Of a stretch of DNA of 64,000 nucleotides, positions 9,704 to 20,096 are shown one piece after another. The notes below the pieces were generated by a model, which searched no databases, was not told the DNA's origin, and saw only the letters and a list, made by a program, of their open reading frames with translations. Position 1 is the first letter of the stretch, and every line of letters starts with the position of its first letter. The stretch is from Chrysiogenales bacterium (lineage in GTDB: Bacteria; Acidobacteriota; Aminicenantia; UBA2199), in assembly GCA_963700535.1 (NCBI GenBank), contig CAVOXU010000005.1, forward strand, positions 65,695 through 129,694. The letters are read 5' to 3'. A program made the translations under genes and the position numbers.

Positions 9704-11875
9704 TTATTTGAATTTCAATTTGAAAAATGCATTGCGCTGACTGGTTGTGCTTTCAATCCCCAGGTGAACAAGCTCCCTTTTTCCCAGGCTGAGTTTTTTC
9801 AAGGACCGCAGCCGCAGGGCAATCAGGCTTCTGGGAGCCTGGTTTTCTGCCAATAATGTTTGTCGTCCATTTTTGACTTTTAAAGTGATTTTATCGGTGC
9901 TCAGCAAGCTTAAATTCAGGCTGTCGGCAGCGCTGCCGTTCAAATCGATGAACAGGTCGTAATCCTGGCCGGCCAAAACGCTGAAGCGGTCAGTTGATTT
10001 TTCGTAGGAGAAATTCCTGGAATTGCAGTAAAAAAGGAGCCCGGCCGAGGTGTGTCGTGTTTGCAGGCGGACATGCGGAAAAAAACAGACAGAAAACATC
10101 AGCAGCAGGCCCAGGGCCGGGATAACAAGGCGGGCCGGCCTGGCAAGCGACCGCCACGACAAACGGGCATAATAAAGCACGATGAACAGGGCCAGCGCGG
10201 ACAGCCATATCAAGTTGGGCAGGTAGCCTGTATTTGATTTTTTCAGAAAAGATGGGAAGAATTTTGGAAGGTCGATGACCAGGCTGCTTAAAAAAAGCAG
10301 CATTGAGGAAGCGCGCTGACTGACCTCCCTGGTCACCGGCTGATACAAAAAAAGGGGATAATAAAAAAACCATACCGTGGCAAAAAAGGTAAGCCCGGCA
10401 AGAAACCTGAACGCTGTTCTTCCTGCCTCTCCGGCCCGGTGATAATAAGCGACCAGGAAAATCACCATGATCCACATGACGAAAAGGGTCGGCCGCGCCG
10501 CCGGTGAGTAGCCGCCGCGTGAAGTAGTGAAGGCATGCAAAAGGACATAAGAAATGAACATAGCGGTCAGCAGGGAAAAATCCCTGATCCCGCTGCGGAT
10601 CTCCTTTCTGCCGATCAGGAAGATCAAAAGGAAAACCGGTGCGTAAACGAGCAATCCATCCCGCTGGTCCAGGAAAAAGGAAAGCAAGGTCTCGATCCTT
10701 AATCCGACAGGAACGGCAAAAAAGCTTTTTTCCGAGAACTGTGACTCGATGGCAGTGGGGCTGAAGGAACCATAAAGTATCCTGCTGTAAAGGAGCAATA
10801 GGGCCAGGCTCAGCAGCGGCGTGACCATGAAGGCGGCCAGGCGTTTAAGGCGGACGCCGTTGCTGCGATCTCCCGACCATATCCAGGCCATGATGAACAG
10901 GGAAAGGATAAGGATGGGCAAGGAATACTTCAGGTGGAGCCAGGGGACGCCAGCCAGCATAAGGCCGGCGCAAAAATACCGCTGTTTGTCCCGGGCAAAA
11001 AAGTAAGCGAACACGACCAGGGTAGCGGCTGGCAATTCCGGGAAAAGGTGCAAGGCCTGGAACAGCAGCGGGAAGGTGATCAGGAAAAAAAGGAAAAGGC
11101 TGCCCTGCTCTTTTTTCGCCAGCACATTCTGCAGTACTAAAAAAAGCCCCAGGGCAAAAAATGAGTTGATGAACGCTGCGGCCAGGCGGAAATACAGGTT
11201 GCCAGGGATCGCTCCTCCCAGGAACTTGAAAACAAACCAAAAGGGAATGAGCAGGAAAGATACGCCGGGAAGGTGGAAAGAGCGATAACGGCCGGCATGG
11301 ACCGAGCCATGGAAAGGGATTTCCACTGGCATGTATTGCGAGTATTTCTTGGGGTCCAGATTGTTTTTAAGGTCAAAGTCGCCGTCTTCGACAAGGCTTT
11401 GGGAGATCATGATGTAATGGGGCTCGTCTCCTGACAAATGGATGCCCTGGGCATAAAAAGCGGCGGCGGCAAGCATCAAGGAAAAAAGAGAGAACAGCCA
11501 TATGCGCCGCGGAGGCCAAGCAATCAAAGAAAAATTTATGCGGCTGGCAGCGTGCCGCCGGGCCAGGACCAGGATATATGTCAGAATAACAAAGCATACC
11601 AGGCGGATACGAAAATCGCTGACCGACGAATAATTGACCAGCATTATTGGCGAAAGCCAAAACCATGAGTAGGGGGACGGCCCGGGACAGGCCAGGAAGC
11701 CGCAAGCAAATTCACTGGCCGCGATCCAGGCGGTTAATAATAGGAGCAGCAATACGCCGCCAGCGCCAGAAAGCCAGGTAATGGCCAGAAGGGCTATGCC
11801 GAAACCGTTGATCAGCAGATGAAAGGGATGAAATTGATTTTCAGTTATCATGCTATGACTATCATATTTTAACAT
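9704..11875 (-). CDS. large polytopic membrane protein, GT-C-fold glycosyltransferase-like
   Basis: 723 aa with more than 12 TM segments. First extracytoplasmic loop is GDEPHYIMISQSLVEDGDFDLKNN (acidic DE motif). A soluble C-terminal domain is present. The start could be a downstream Met. Confidence 0.5.
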   Translation of the reverse strand: MLKYDSHSMITENQFHPFHLLINGFGIALLAITWLSGAGGVLLLLLLTAWIAASEFACGFLACPGPSPYSWFWLSPIMLVNYSSVSDFRIRLVCFVILTYILVLARRHAASRINFSLIAWPPRRIWLFSLFSLMLAAAAFYAQGIHLSGDEPHYIMISQSLVEDGDFDLKNNLDPKKYSQYMPVEIPFHGSVHAGRYRSFHLPGVSFLLIPFWFVFKFLGGAIPGNLYFRLAAAFINSFFALGLFLVLQNVLAKKEQGSLFLFFLITFPLLFQALHLFPELPAATLVVFAYFFARDKQRYFCAGLMLAGVPWLHLKYSLPILILSLFIMAWIWSGDRSNGVRLKRLAAFMVTPLLSLALLLLYSRILYGSFSPTAIESQFSEKSFFAVPVGLRIETLLSFFLDQRDGLLVYAPVFLLIFLIGRKEIRSGIRDFSLLTAMFISYVLLHAFTTSRGGYSPAARPTLFVMWIMVIFLVAYYHRAGEAGRTAFRFLAGLTFFATVWFFYYPLFLYQPVTREVSQRASSMLLFLSSLVIDLPKFFPSFLKKSNTGYLPNLIWLSALALFIVLYYARLSWRSLARPARLVIPALGLLLMFSVCFFPHVRLQTRHTSAGLLFYCNSRNFSYEKSTDRFSVLAGQDYDLFIDLNGSAADSLNLSLLSTDKITLKVKNGRQTLLAENQAPRSLIALRLRSLKKLSLGKRELVHLGIESTTSQRNAFFKLKFK

Positions 11876-11929
11876 AAGCGAGGGTGCCCGTGAATTGGGT
11901 CGGCGTCCCCCCGGAAAATTGAGGGCTTT

Positions 11930-12409
11930 TTAAATCCACTGGCTGAGATTAACGAAAGCCTTGATCTTGCTGTCGGCTTCGCGCAGGCGGGCTGATAGAT
12001 TCCTGGCCAGTGTGAGCAGGATGCGTATGCCGCTGGCCGTATCCTTTTCAATAAAGTGCAGGAATTTTTCGCGGCTGATCTCCAGCATGAAAGTATCGCT
12101 TTGGGCAATGGCCGTGGCGCTGCGCGGCAGGTCGTCCAGCAGGGCCATCTCACCGAAAAAATTGCCTTTTTTCAGTACGGTCAGGGTTTCCTCGCCGCTG
12201 ACATCGGCCCTCTGGCTTATGCGTACTTCACCGGAAACAATAACCAGCAGCGAGTTTCCCGTGTCATTTTCCTCGAAGATCGTTTCTCCCGAATGAAATA
12301 CCCGGTCTGAAAACAGGTAGGTCAACTCCTTGACGGCGTTGTAATTCAATTCCTGGAACAGTGAGAGGTTTTTCAGGATTTCGATGATGATATCTTTGTC
12401 TGGATTCAT
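11930..12409 (-). CDS. cyclic-nucleotide-binding domain protein (stand-alone)
   Basis: cNMP-binding beta-roll signature FGEMALLDDLPRSATAIA. 159 aa with no DNA-binding domain. Confidence 0.75.
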   Translation of the reverse strand: MNPDKDIIIEILKNLSLFQELNYNAVKELTYLFSDRVFHSGETIFEENDTGNSLLVIVSGEVRISQRADVSGEETLTVLKKGNFFGEMALLDDLPRSATAIAQSDTFMLEISREKFLHFIEKDTASGIRILLTLARNLSARLREADSKIKAFVNLSQWI

Positions 12410-12469
12410 GAATGCAATTGTAGCATACTGGCCGAAAGTAGAACAATCGCCGTGGCTGACGGCTCGGCC

Positions 12470-13024
12470 TCAAGCGAGGCTGACGAGTACGCGGGCAAGC
12501 CCTTCATGGATGTATCCTTTTAAAAACCTCTGGATCTCGGGATGGGAAAAATGCAGCTCCCCGACCTGAAGGCGAATATCGTCGCTGGCCAGGACAAACT
12601 CCCCTTTTTCGCTTTGGTAGGCGAAGCGGATGTTGATCATGTCAAAACCGACCAGAAGCGAAAGCAGGGTTTCCCCGAGATCGCCAAGGGGAGGGCAGTC
12701 CATGTGGCTTTTCTGCAGCCTGGCTCTGACTGTGGTTCCATGTCCCACCTTGCTGCTGATGCGAAAATCGCCGCGACAACTCTGCGCCGTGGCCTTGAGC
12801 AGGGGAATGCCCAGGCCGACTTTCTTGAAATTTTTGCTGGTGAAGAAAGGATCCTGAACCTTGACCATGGTCCGGCGGTCCATGCCCTTGCCGTCATCCT
12901 CGACAATCATGGTTATAAGATCTTTTGCGGCCAGATCGCTGATCGTAACCGAAATGTTATTCGCTCCGGCCGCGGCCGAATTCTGAACCAGGTCATGCAG
13001 GTGGAAACAGAGATCCTCAACCAT
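12470..13024 (-). CDS. GHKL (HATPase_c)-type ATP-binding protein
   Basis: N-box-like DLVQNSAAAGA and D-box VEDDGKGMD. There is no HisKA domain. It overlaps the upstream PHP gene by 8 nt. Confidence 0.6.
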   Translation of the reverse strand: MVEDLCFHLHDLVQNSAAAGANNISVTISDLAAKDLITMIVEDDGKGMDRRTMVKVQDPFFTSKNFKKVGLGIPLLKATAQSCRGDFRISSKVGHGTTVRARLQKSHMDCPPLGDLGETLLSLLVGFDMINIRFAYQSEKGEFVLASDDIRLQVGELHFSHPEIQRFLKGYIHEGLARVLVSLA

Positions 13025-13802
13025 GGTTCTTGCGGTAGACCCTGGCGAAGGTGCTGGCCCTGGCGGCCTTGATCAAAGCGGGCAGGGTGGGGGACGTGGC
13101 CTGGAAAACCGTATAGGCACAGCCGATGTCCTTAAGGAAATGGGCATCTGAGTTGGTGATCAGGGGGAAGCCGTTCAGCTCCGGGTAGGAATGCTGCAAA
13201 TCTTCACGGCCGACGGTATGGGATATCTCCAAAACGGAGTCGCACAGTTCCCGGGGCACCATACCCATGTTGACCAGCAGGCCGAAGCAAGCGCTTTCGA
13301 CGTGAGCCGGAATGACCGCCCCGCCGTGCTCGTTCACCAACTCAAGCAATTCCGGGATGGAGAGAGCAAGGGCGTTCAGCAGCAGACGGTCTTCATAGCC
13401 GGTTATATTTTCCTCGCCGTCAACGACCACCTGGTCGCCGAAATATTCAGGCTCGTTCTTTATGTCTGGCAAATGGTCGTAGATCCTCGAATTGAAGGCT
13501 TCGGCCCGCACCCGGTCTTCGAAAAGGCATAGGAAATGAACATCTTCACGTGTTTGCGCTTCCATGCCGTACAAGACCCGCACCCCCATTTTCATTCCCA
13601 GGCTGGCCGCGACAAAACTGTTTTCCATGCTGTTGTGGTCGGTGATGGCGATGAGGTCCAGGGCGAGTTCCTTGGCACGCCGCACAATGGCCGCCGGTGA
13701 CATTTCCAGGGAAGCACAGGGAGAGAGGGTGGAATGAATGTGAAGATCGGCGGCTAGTTTCATTCTGGCGTCCATCTTAAGGGAAACGGCCGTAAAAGTC
13801 AA
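13017..13802 (-). CDS. PHP-domain metal-dependent phosphoesterase
   Basis: ADLHIHSTLSPCA, ITDHNS and AHVE motifs of the PHP fold. The true start is possibly an internal Met. Confidence 0.75.
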   Translation of the reverse strand: MTFTAVSLKMDARMKLAADLHIHSTLSPCASLEMSPAAIVRRAKELALDLIAITDHNSMENSFVAASLGMKMGVRVLYGMEAQTREDVHFLCLFEDRVRAEAFNSRIYDHLPDIKNEPEYFGDQVVVDGEENITGYEDRLLLNALALSIPELLELVNEHGGAVIPAHVESACFGLLVNMGMVPRELCDSVLEISHTVGREDLQHSYPELNGFPLITNSDAHFLKDIGCAYTVFQATSPTLPALIKAARASTFARVYRKNHG

Positions 13803-13831
13803 TCGCCTGTTCCTGCCCGGGCGCCCGAGCT

Positions 13832-15544
13832 TCAGTAGCCCAGCTCGATTTGGGTCTGCACTCCCAGCAGGCGTCGATCCTGCGTTTTGGCGTTGACAAA
13901 AAACGGGCAGTAATATTTGCTGCTCTTGATTTTTATATGGTATAAAAAACGGTTGGCTATCGGCAGGCCCGGAATTTGGCTGAATGTGACGTTGCGTACA
14001 TCGTTGGCAGCGATGAATACGTTTTTGGACTTGTGTTCGATCTGGATGCGGATTTCGTTGTCGCGGGGAATGTTTTTCATTTGAAAAGTCATTTGCTTCA
14101 CTCGGCCCGGTGCCAGAAGGAAAAGCTCCAGCTCCTTGTCGGCATGGGTCCAGAAAGTTTCGCCTTCGATGGGATTGTAATTGTCATTGAGGAAAAACAG
14201 GGTGAACTTTTCAGCGATTTTTCTGTTGAAGGCCCGGGGATTGGTATTGCTCGGCAAAGTAGCGAATTGGGTTTTTTCGGCCGGGAAGAATTTATTGGGA
14301 AAAGAAATACCGGGATAACGCGGGGAGCCGGAATAGAACATGCCGTTCATGAATACCGGAGCCAAAAAAATCACGGCTGCCACTGCCGGCAACAGGGTGA
14401 ATTGAAAGCGTCGCTCACGGTAGCCGAGAAAGAAAAACAAGGGATAGATGTTCAAAAAGTACCTGTTGCCCAGGGAACCGCCGCCGCCGAAATAATTGTC
14501 GGGCATCAACAGGATATAACAAAGAATGGCTGAAAAGATCCCGGCCAACAGGAACCAGTCCTGCGGTTGTTTTTTCTGAAAAAAGAACAGAAGCAGCAGA
14601 AAGAAAGCAGGGAAAAAGTACAGCAGCATGCCGGTGAAGCGGCCAAAAAAATAATAAAACATATTGAGCAGGGCTATGGCCGGACTCAAATAGAATCTGC
14701 TCCAATAGGTGTCGGTGCTCATTTTGTGGCCGCTGGCAAAGGAAAAATCCTCTCTTTCCAAAGGGAAATTGCCATAAAATGACTTTCTTTCCCCGCCCTG
14801 ATAATTGATCTCCCCGGTCTGGCTGTAATTGAAGGCAAAAAGGCCTGCCAGGAATACCACGCAGATCAGGCCCAGGATGATGAATTTCTTCCAATTTTTC
14901 TGATAGAGCAGCAGCAGGAAAAGCACGCCGATGTGCAGCAGGTTGTTCGGCTTTGAAAAGATCGCCGCGGCAAAAAAAACACCGGCAATGTTTGACCAGG
15001 CAGGATTCTTGAATTCGTAAAAAAAGAAGAACAGGGCGGCAAAATTGATGAAAAAATTAAAAAGGTCGGCGGTGATCCACCAGACATAAATGAAAGTTAT
15101 ACTGCCAAACAGGTACATGATGGTGAAGGTAAAACTGCGCCCCGGGGAATATTGCTGCCGCAGCAGCAGGAAGCCCATGAGCAATGCAAAAAAAACCATC
15201 AGGGAGTTGGCCAGCAGGATGCCATGGTTGCCGAACAGCCTGAAAAACGGGGCCAGTGCCAGCGGGTAAATAAACGATTTGGCGTAATATATGCGGTTGT
15301 TCCGGCCTTGCTTCAAGAAAAGTCCCATGGGGCCGACCCAGAAGTTTTCCCTGATGCGCATGATGTCGGCCCGGGTATATTGCAGATCGCCATCGAAGGC
15401 CAGGCTCTGCATTATGGAAAAATAGGTCGATTCATCGGAAAAAAAACCACCGTGCTTGGTTTTGGGCAGATCGGTGCCGAAAGAAAAGCAGATTATGAAC
15501 AGCAGAAACATGGCAAAAAAAATCTTAATGGCTTTTGGCGTCAT
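13832..15544 (-). CDS. polytopic membrane protein, GT-C-fold glycosyltransferase-like (paralogous loop motif to 9704-11875)
   Basis: 570 aa with many TM segments. First loop is SDESTYFSIMQSLAFDGDLQY, matching the DE-x-x-Y...QSL..DGD loop of 9704-11875. Confidence 0.5.
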   Translation of the reverse strand: MTPKAIKIFFAMFLLFIICFSFGTDLPKTKHGGFFSDESTYFSIMQSLAFDGDLQYTRADIMRIRENFWVGPMGLFLKQGRNNRIYYAKSFIYPLALAPFFRLFGNHGILLANSLMVFFALLMGFLLLRQQYSPGRSFTFTIMYLFGSITFIYVWWITADLFNFFINFAALFFFFYEFKNPAWSNIAGVFFAAAIFSKPNNLLHIGVLFLLLLYQKNWKKFIILGLICVVFLAGLFAFNYSQTGEINYQGGERKSFYGNFPLEREDFSFASGHKMSTDTYWSRFYLSPAIALLNMFYYFFGRFTGMLLYFFPAFFLLLLFFFQKKQPQDWFLLAGIFSAILCYILLMPDNYFGGGGSLGNRYFLNIYPLFFFLGYRERRFQFTLLPAVAAVIFLAPVFMNGMFYSGSPRYPGISFPNKFFPAEKTQFATLPSNTNPRAFNRKIAEKFTLFFLNDNYNPIEGETFWTHADKELELFLLAPGRVKQMTFQMKNIPRDNEIRIQIEHKSKNVFIAANDVRNVTFSQIPGLPIANRFLYHIKIKSSKYYCPFFVNAKTQDRRLLGVQTQIELGY

Positions 15545-15702
15545 GGGCGGGCTTCATTATAGCAAAATCCATAAGAAAAGAAAACACCGGCCTGCATCCG
15601 CGGTTGACCGTATTGAGGAAATAATATATAATTAAATTTCCTGAAACGATCAGAGTTTACTGAACACAGTGCTGTTTTCATGGTTTTCAATGAGGTGATC
15701 CG

Positions 15703-15921
15703 ATGAAGCGAATAAAAGACATTGTTCATTCCTGCCTGCTGCTGACGGCTTTTTGTCTGCTTTTCCCCCTGTATGTCCATGCATATATCGATCCCGGCAC
15801 AGGCAGTTATGTTTTCCAGATCATCATCGCGGCTTTCGTGGCGGTGTCATTCGCTGTCAAGGTTTATTGGCATAAGATCATGAAATTCATAGGCCGGGTT
15901 TTCGCTAAAAAGAAAAAATGA
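15703..15921 (+). CDS. small membrane protein
   Basis: 72 aa with two hydrophobic segments, a YIDPGTGSY motif and a Lys-rich tail. Its stop overlaps the start of the next gene (ATGA). Confidence 0.45.
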   Translation: MKRIKDIVHSCLLLTAFCLLFPLYVHAYIDPGTGSYVFQIIIAAFVAVSFAVKVYWHKIMKFIGRVFAKKKK

Positions 15922-17312
15922 AGGTTGAAAGCAAGGCCGTGCCAGGGTCTTTCCGCGACCCCAGCGGTTTTCTTTTTTGGCATGAACATCAACTTTTCCG
16001 CCAGGTCAATGAAACCTGTCGCGAAAATTACGATCAGCTGATCGCTTCACGCCTGTACGAAAAACTTGCCGGTGCCGGGCAACTTGTCGAGCATGAGGAA
16101 TGCGACTTGAGGCTGGCCCGCACTGCCGCCGCCTACAAAGTCATCCGCCCTGACCTGGTCCCTTTCATTTCATATCCCTACGAATGGTGCTTCAGCCAGC
16201 TCAAGGATGCCGCCCTGCTGACCCTGAATATCCAGAAAACGGCGCTGGAATACGGCATGTCACTCAAGGACGCCAGCGCCTATAATGTGCAGTTCGTCTC
16301 CGGGCGACCGCTGTTGATCGATACCCTGTCTTTTGAAAAATATCCCGAGGGGCGTCCCTGGGTGGCCTACCGCCAGTTCTGCCAGCACTTTCTGGCGCCG
16401 CTGGCCTTGATGGCCTACGGCGATGTCCGCTTGAACCAGCTGTCGCGACTGCATTTGGACGGCGTCCCCCTGGACCTGGCCAGCAGCCTGCTGCCCCACC
16501 GCACCCGCTTGAAATTCTCCCTGCTTTCCCATATCCATTTGCACGCCCGCTCGCAAAAACGTTACGCCGACAAACCGCTGCGTTCCAAACAGCACTCCAT
16601 GAGCCTTTTTGCCCTCCTGGCTTTGCTCAACAGCCTGGAAACCGCCGTGAAGAAGCTGCACTGGCAGCCGCGCGGCAGTGAGTGGGCCGAATACTATGGT
16701 CACACGAATTATTCCGATCAGGCGCTTGAGTTCAAAAAGAATATCGTGGATGATTGCCTGCAATGGCTAAGCCCGCGCCATGTTTGGGATATCGGCGCCA
16801 ACACCGGCGTATTCAGCCGCCTGGCTTCACAGCGCAGCATCCCGACCGTATCCCTGGATATCGATGCGGCGGCAGTGGAAAAAAACTACCTGCAGTGCCG
16901 TCTTTCCGGCGAAAAGTTTTTGCTGCCGCTTCTGGGCGACATCACCAATCCCAGCCCGGGCATCGGCTGGGAGAACGCAGAGCGGACATCGCTATTGCAG
17001 CGCTGTCCGATCGACACGGTCCTGGCCCTGGCCCTGGTGCATCACCTGGCCATTGCCAACAACCTGCCATTGGCCAGGATAGCCGATTTTTTCAGCCGCT
17101 TCTGCCGGAACCTGATTATCGAGTTCATTCCAAAAAGTGATTCCCAGGTGCGGCTGCTGCTGGCTACCAGGGATGATATTTTTCCCGATTACCATGCCTG
17201 CGGATTCGAGGAAGAATTCCAGCGTTATTTCTCCATTGAGCGCCGCGAAGCCATTGCCCAATCGGATCGCATTCTGTATGTCATGCGCAGCAAGTTTCAT
17301 GCCGGCAAATAA
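15918..17312 (+). CDS. class I SAM-dependent methyltransferase with N-terminal extension
   Basis: Motif I VWDIGANTGVFS, an acidic loop SLDID and post-I GDITNP. 464 aa and intact. Confidence 0.7.
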   Translation: MKVESKAVPGSFRDPSGFLFWHEHQLFRQVNETCRENYDQLIASRLYEKLAGAGQLVEHEECDLRLARTAAAYKVIRPDLVPFISYPYEWCFSQLKDAALLTLNIQKTALEYGMSLKDASAYNVQFVSGRPLLIDTLSFEKYPEGRPWVAYRQFCQHFLAPLALMAYGDVRLNQLSRLHLDGVPLDLASSLLPHRTRLKFSLLSHIHLHARSQKRYADKPLRSKQHSMSLFALLALLNSLETAVKKLHWQPRGSEWAEYYGHTNYSDQALEFKKNIVDDCLQWLSPRHVWDIGANTGVFSRLASQRSIPTVSLDIDAAAVEKNYLQCRLSGEKFLLPLLGDITNPSPGIGWENAERTSLLQRCPIDTVLALALVHHLAIANNLPLARIADFFSRFCRNLIIEFIPKSDSQVRLLLATRDDIFPDYHACGFEEEFQRYFSIERREAIAQSDRILYVMRSKFHAGK

Positions 17313-17428
17313 ATCAAGCGTTCCTATTCAAAATGTTGATATGTATCGGTCGCCGGGCTTGTGATCGTCTCCTCGCCTTAAATAAAAATCAAAACAAAGG
17401 TTGCTTCGGCTCCGGGGCCGGATTTTCT

Positions 17429-18229
17429 TTATCCGCGCAGACGAAGGCCGATCTGCCTGCGGAAAAACTTGATCATCCCATCGCGGCGACCAAGACCCTG
17501 AACCCGGCCTTTCTGTGCCAGGATTTCTTTTGAGCGACGACAGCGGTCTCATGGGGTCGAAATCGCCTTCGAGCAATGTTGCAAAAGCTCCGGCGCGTTT
17601 TTCTTCTCCGGGCAACGGCAGCGGGTCAGAGCCGCGCAGAATGGCTTTGCCGCTTATCTCCATGGTGCGGAAGATACGCGGTGCCGGCCAGAAGGCCGGG
17701 CGGGCGGGGTTATCGGCCAGGAACATGGTCGGTTCTGCGTTTGAAATCGCCATTCTCCGCACCAGGCGGCCGCGCCGGCCCAGCCATTTGCCTGCTCCCC
17801 AGGGAATGATGGCCAGGGCTCCGGCTTCAGCCAGTCTCGGCCACTACTTCCGACAATGGCCGGCCGTCAGGGATGATCGGGAAATCGCCGGCGGTCAGGA
17901 CTTCGAGGCGTTCGGCGGTGACGATCTGCCGGCCCGAGACTGATCAGGACCAGGCGCTCGCCCCGGCGGTTGAGGGCCAGCGAGTAAGGTTCATCTGTAG
18001 GGCTGAAAGTGAATCCGCCCGGTGCAGAGGCGCCCGGGACTGCCCAGCGGCGAAACATATTGCATCCAGAAGCTTCGGTCAGCAGTACCATTCTCTGCAG
18101 CTGGACATTTTCACAATGTCGTTCAGCGGCTCCAAAAGCCAGGTTATCGCAAAGCGACTGCCAGAAGCGTTCCTGGTCATAGTTTTCGTAAAAATGCAGG
18201 TGAAAGTCGATGGCGATGCGGGCAAACAT
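17429..18229 (-). pseudogene. hypothetical metal-hydrolase-like protein, frame broken about 3 times
   Basis: N-terminus MFARIAIDFHLHFY (DxHxH-like). The sensible sequence continues in other frames: GRQIVTAERLEVLTAGDFPIIPDGRPL, then EAGALAIIPWGAGKWLGRRG...GKAILRGSDPLPLPGEE, then KEILAQKGRVQGLGRRDGMIKFF. Breaks lie near 17930, 17820 and 17528. It is last in the methyltransferase-epimerase-asnB operon. Confidence 0.4.
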
Positions 18230-18230
18230 G

Positions 18231-20093
18231 CTATGCCGATGCGGACAGGAAACGCTTGTGCCAAAGGGCGAGATTAACCAGGCTCCACAACAGGTGGTCG
18301 TGGTTCCTGCTGCCGGAGCGATGCTCGGTGATCAGGCGGTCGACCGTGGCCGCATTGAATCTTTCGCGGATGAAGGACGATCCGCTCAATACATCTTCCA
18401 TGTAAGCGAGCAGGTCTCCCCGCAGCCAGTGCTTGATCGGAAAACTGAAGCCGTGTTTGGGACGGTAGGCTATTCCCGGCGGCAGGAGGTCGGCCATGGT
18501 TTTTTTTAGGATGGACTTGGTCGTCCAGCCGGCAAGCTTGAGCCGGGAAGGGATGCGGTTGGCGAACTCGACCAGTTCGTGGTCAATGAGCGGGGCGCGG
18601 ATTTCCAGCGCGCAGGCCATGCTCATTTTGTCCACTTTCATCAGCGGGTTTTCCGGCATCATGAAGCTTAGCTCGCACAGGATCTCCTGCTGCAGGGTAT
18701 CCTGGTTGCCTGATGTTGGCGCGGCACGATCGGCCCAAGCCAGGGTGGTCGCCAGGATTTCCTCGCTCGAGCGACCGCGGAAGAGGTCCCGGGCTATTTC
18801 CGCGCTTAGGAAATACTGCCAGCGCATGTGGCCGCCAAAGGGCAGGGCGGCACCCTGAAAAAAACGGCGCAGGCTGTTCAAGGCGCCTTTTTTTTGGGGC
18901 CGGTCAGGCAGGGAGGCTGCCAGGGAGCCTGCGGCCCGACGCAGCGGGGCAGGAAGTTTTTGCAGGTAGCGCTCGGCCCTGCTGGCTTTGAAACGGTCAT
19001 AGCCTACGAATACTTCGTCGCCCCCTTCGCCGGAAAGGCAAACCGTGACATGTTCGCGGGCTTTGCGGCAGATCAGGAAATAGGGAAGTACCGAAAATTC
19101 CGAGAACGGCTGGTCAAGGTGCCAAACCGCTTTTTCTATGATTTCAGGGGTAATGGGATCGATCAGAAGTTCATTATGCACTGTGCCGAAGTGGTTGGCG
19201 ACCTTTTTCGCGTAGGCGAACTCTGAAAATCCCGCTTCTTTGTAACCCAGGGCGAATGTACGGATGGGGCCGGCACTGGCCCGGCGCATCATGGCCACGA
19301 CCGTGCTTGAGTCGATACCGCCTGAAAGGAATGCCCCCAGGGGAACGTCGCTCTCCAGGCGCAGACGCACAGCCCGTTCAAGCTGGGCCCGCAATGCCTC
19401 GCTCCATTCCTTTTCCGGACGTTCTTCGCTTTGTTGATCAAGGCGCCAATATTGCCTGATGTTGGCGCTGCCGTTAGCCCATTCCAGCCAATGGCCGGCC
19501 GGGAGCGCCCTGATGCCGGCGAAGGCAGTCATGGGTGCCGGAATGAACTCAAAGCCCAGGAAGCAATCGAGGGCGGCTTCGTCGATCTTTCTGGGTACGC
19601 GGGGGTTCTTGAGCAGAGCCTTTATTTCCGAGGCGAAAACAAGCTGGTCGCCGGCCTGGCAATAATACAACGGCTTCTCTCCCAGCCGGTCGCGGGCGAG
19701 CACCAGGCGCTGCCGCCCGGCGTCCCAAAGGGCCAGGGCGAACATGCCGTTCAGGCGCCGCAGGCATTCAATGCCTTCTTCTTCGTAAGCGTGCAGGATC
19801 ACTTCCGAGTCGGAAGCGCTGCGAAAAACGTGCCCGCGGCTTTCCAGCCAGTGCTTCACTTCGCGAAAATTGTAGATTTCTCCATTGTGCAGCAGCCAAA
19901 GGCTGCCGTCTTCATTGCTGATGGGCTGGCGTCCGTTTTCGGAAAGGTCGATGATCGACAGGCGGCGGTGCCCCAGTGAGATCCCCGGAGTGCAATGGTA
20001 GCCGCTCTGATCTGGTCCCCGGTGAGCAATTTCATCGGCCATGGCCTGCACTGCCTGCCTGTCCTCCCAGGTAAAGCCGCATATGCCGCACAT
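18231..20093 (-). CDS. asnB: asparagine synthase (glutamine-hydrolysing) family amidotransferase
   Basis: N-terminal MCGI Cys nucleophile and PP-loop SGGIDSS. 620 aa and intact. Confidence 0.9.
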   Translation of the reverse strand: MCGICGFTWEDRQAVQAMADEIAHRGPDQSGYHCTPGISLGHRRLSIIDLSENGRQPISNEDGSLWLLHNGEIYNFREVKHWLESRGHVFRSASDSEVILHAYEEEGIECLRRLNGMFALALWDAGRQRLVLARDRLGEKPLYYCQAGDQLVFASEIKALLKNPRVPRKIDEAALDCFLGFEFIPAPMTAFAGIRALPAGHWLEWANGSANIRQYWRLDQQSEERPEKEWSEALRAQLERAVRLRLESDVPLGAFLSGGIDSSTVVAMMRRASAGPIRTFALGYKEAGFSEFAYAKKVANHFGTVHNELLIDPITPEIIEKAVWHLDQPFSEFSVLPYFLICRKAREHVTVCLSGEGGDEVFVGYDRFKASRAERYLQKLPAPLRRAAGSLAASLPDRPQKKGALNSLRRFFQGAALPFGGHMRWQYFLSAEIARDLFRGRSSEEILATTLAWADRAAPTSGNQDTLQQEILCELSFMMPENPLMKVDKMSMACALEIRAPLIDHELVEFANRIPSRLKLAGWTTKSILKKTMADLLPPGIAYRPKHGFSFPIKHWLRGDLLAYMEDVLSGSSFIRERFNAATVDRLITEHRSGSRNHDHLLWSLVNLALWHKRFLSASA

Positions 20094-20096
20094 GGT

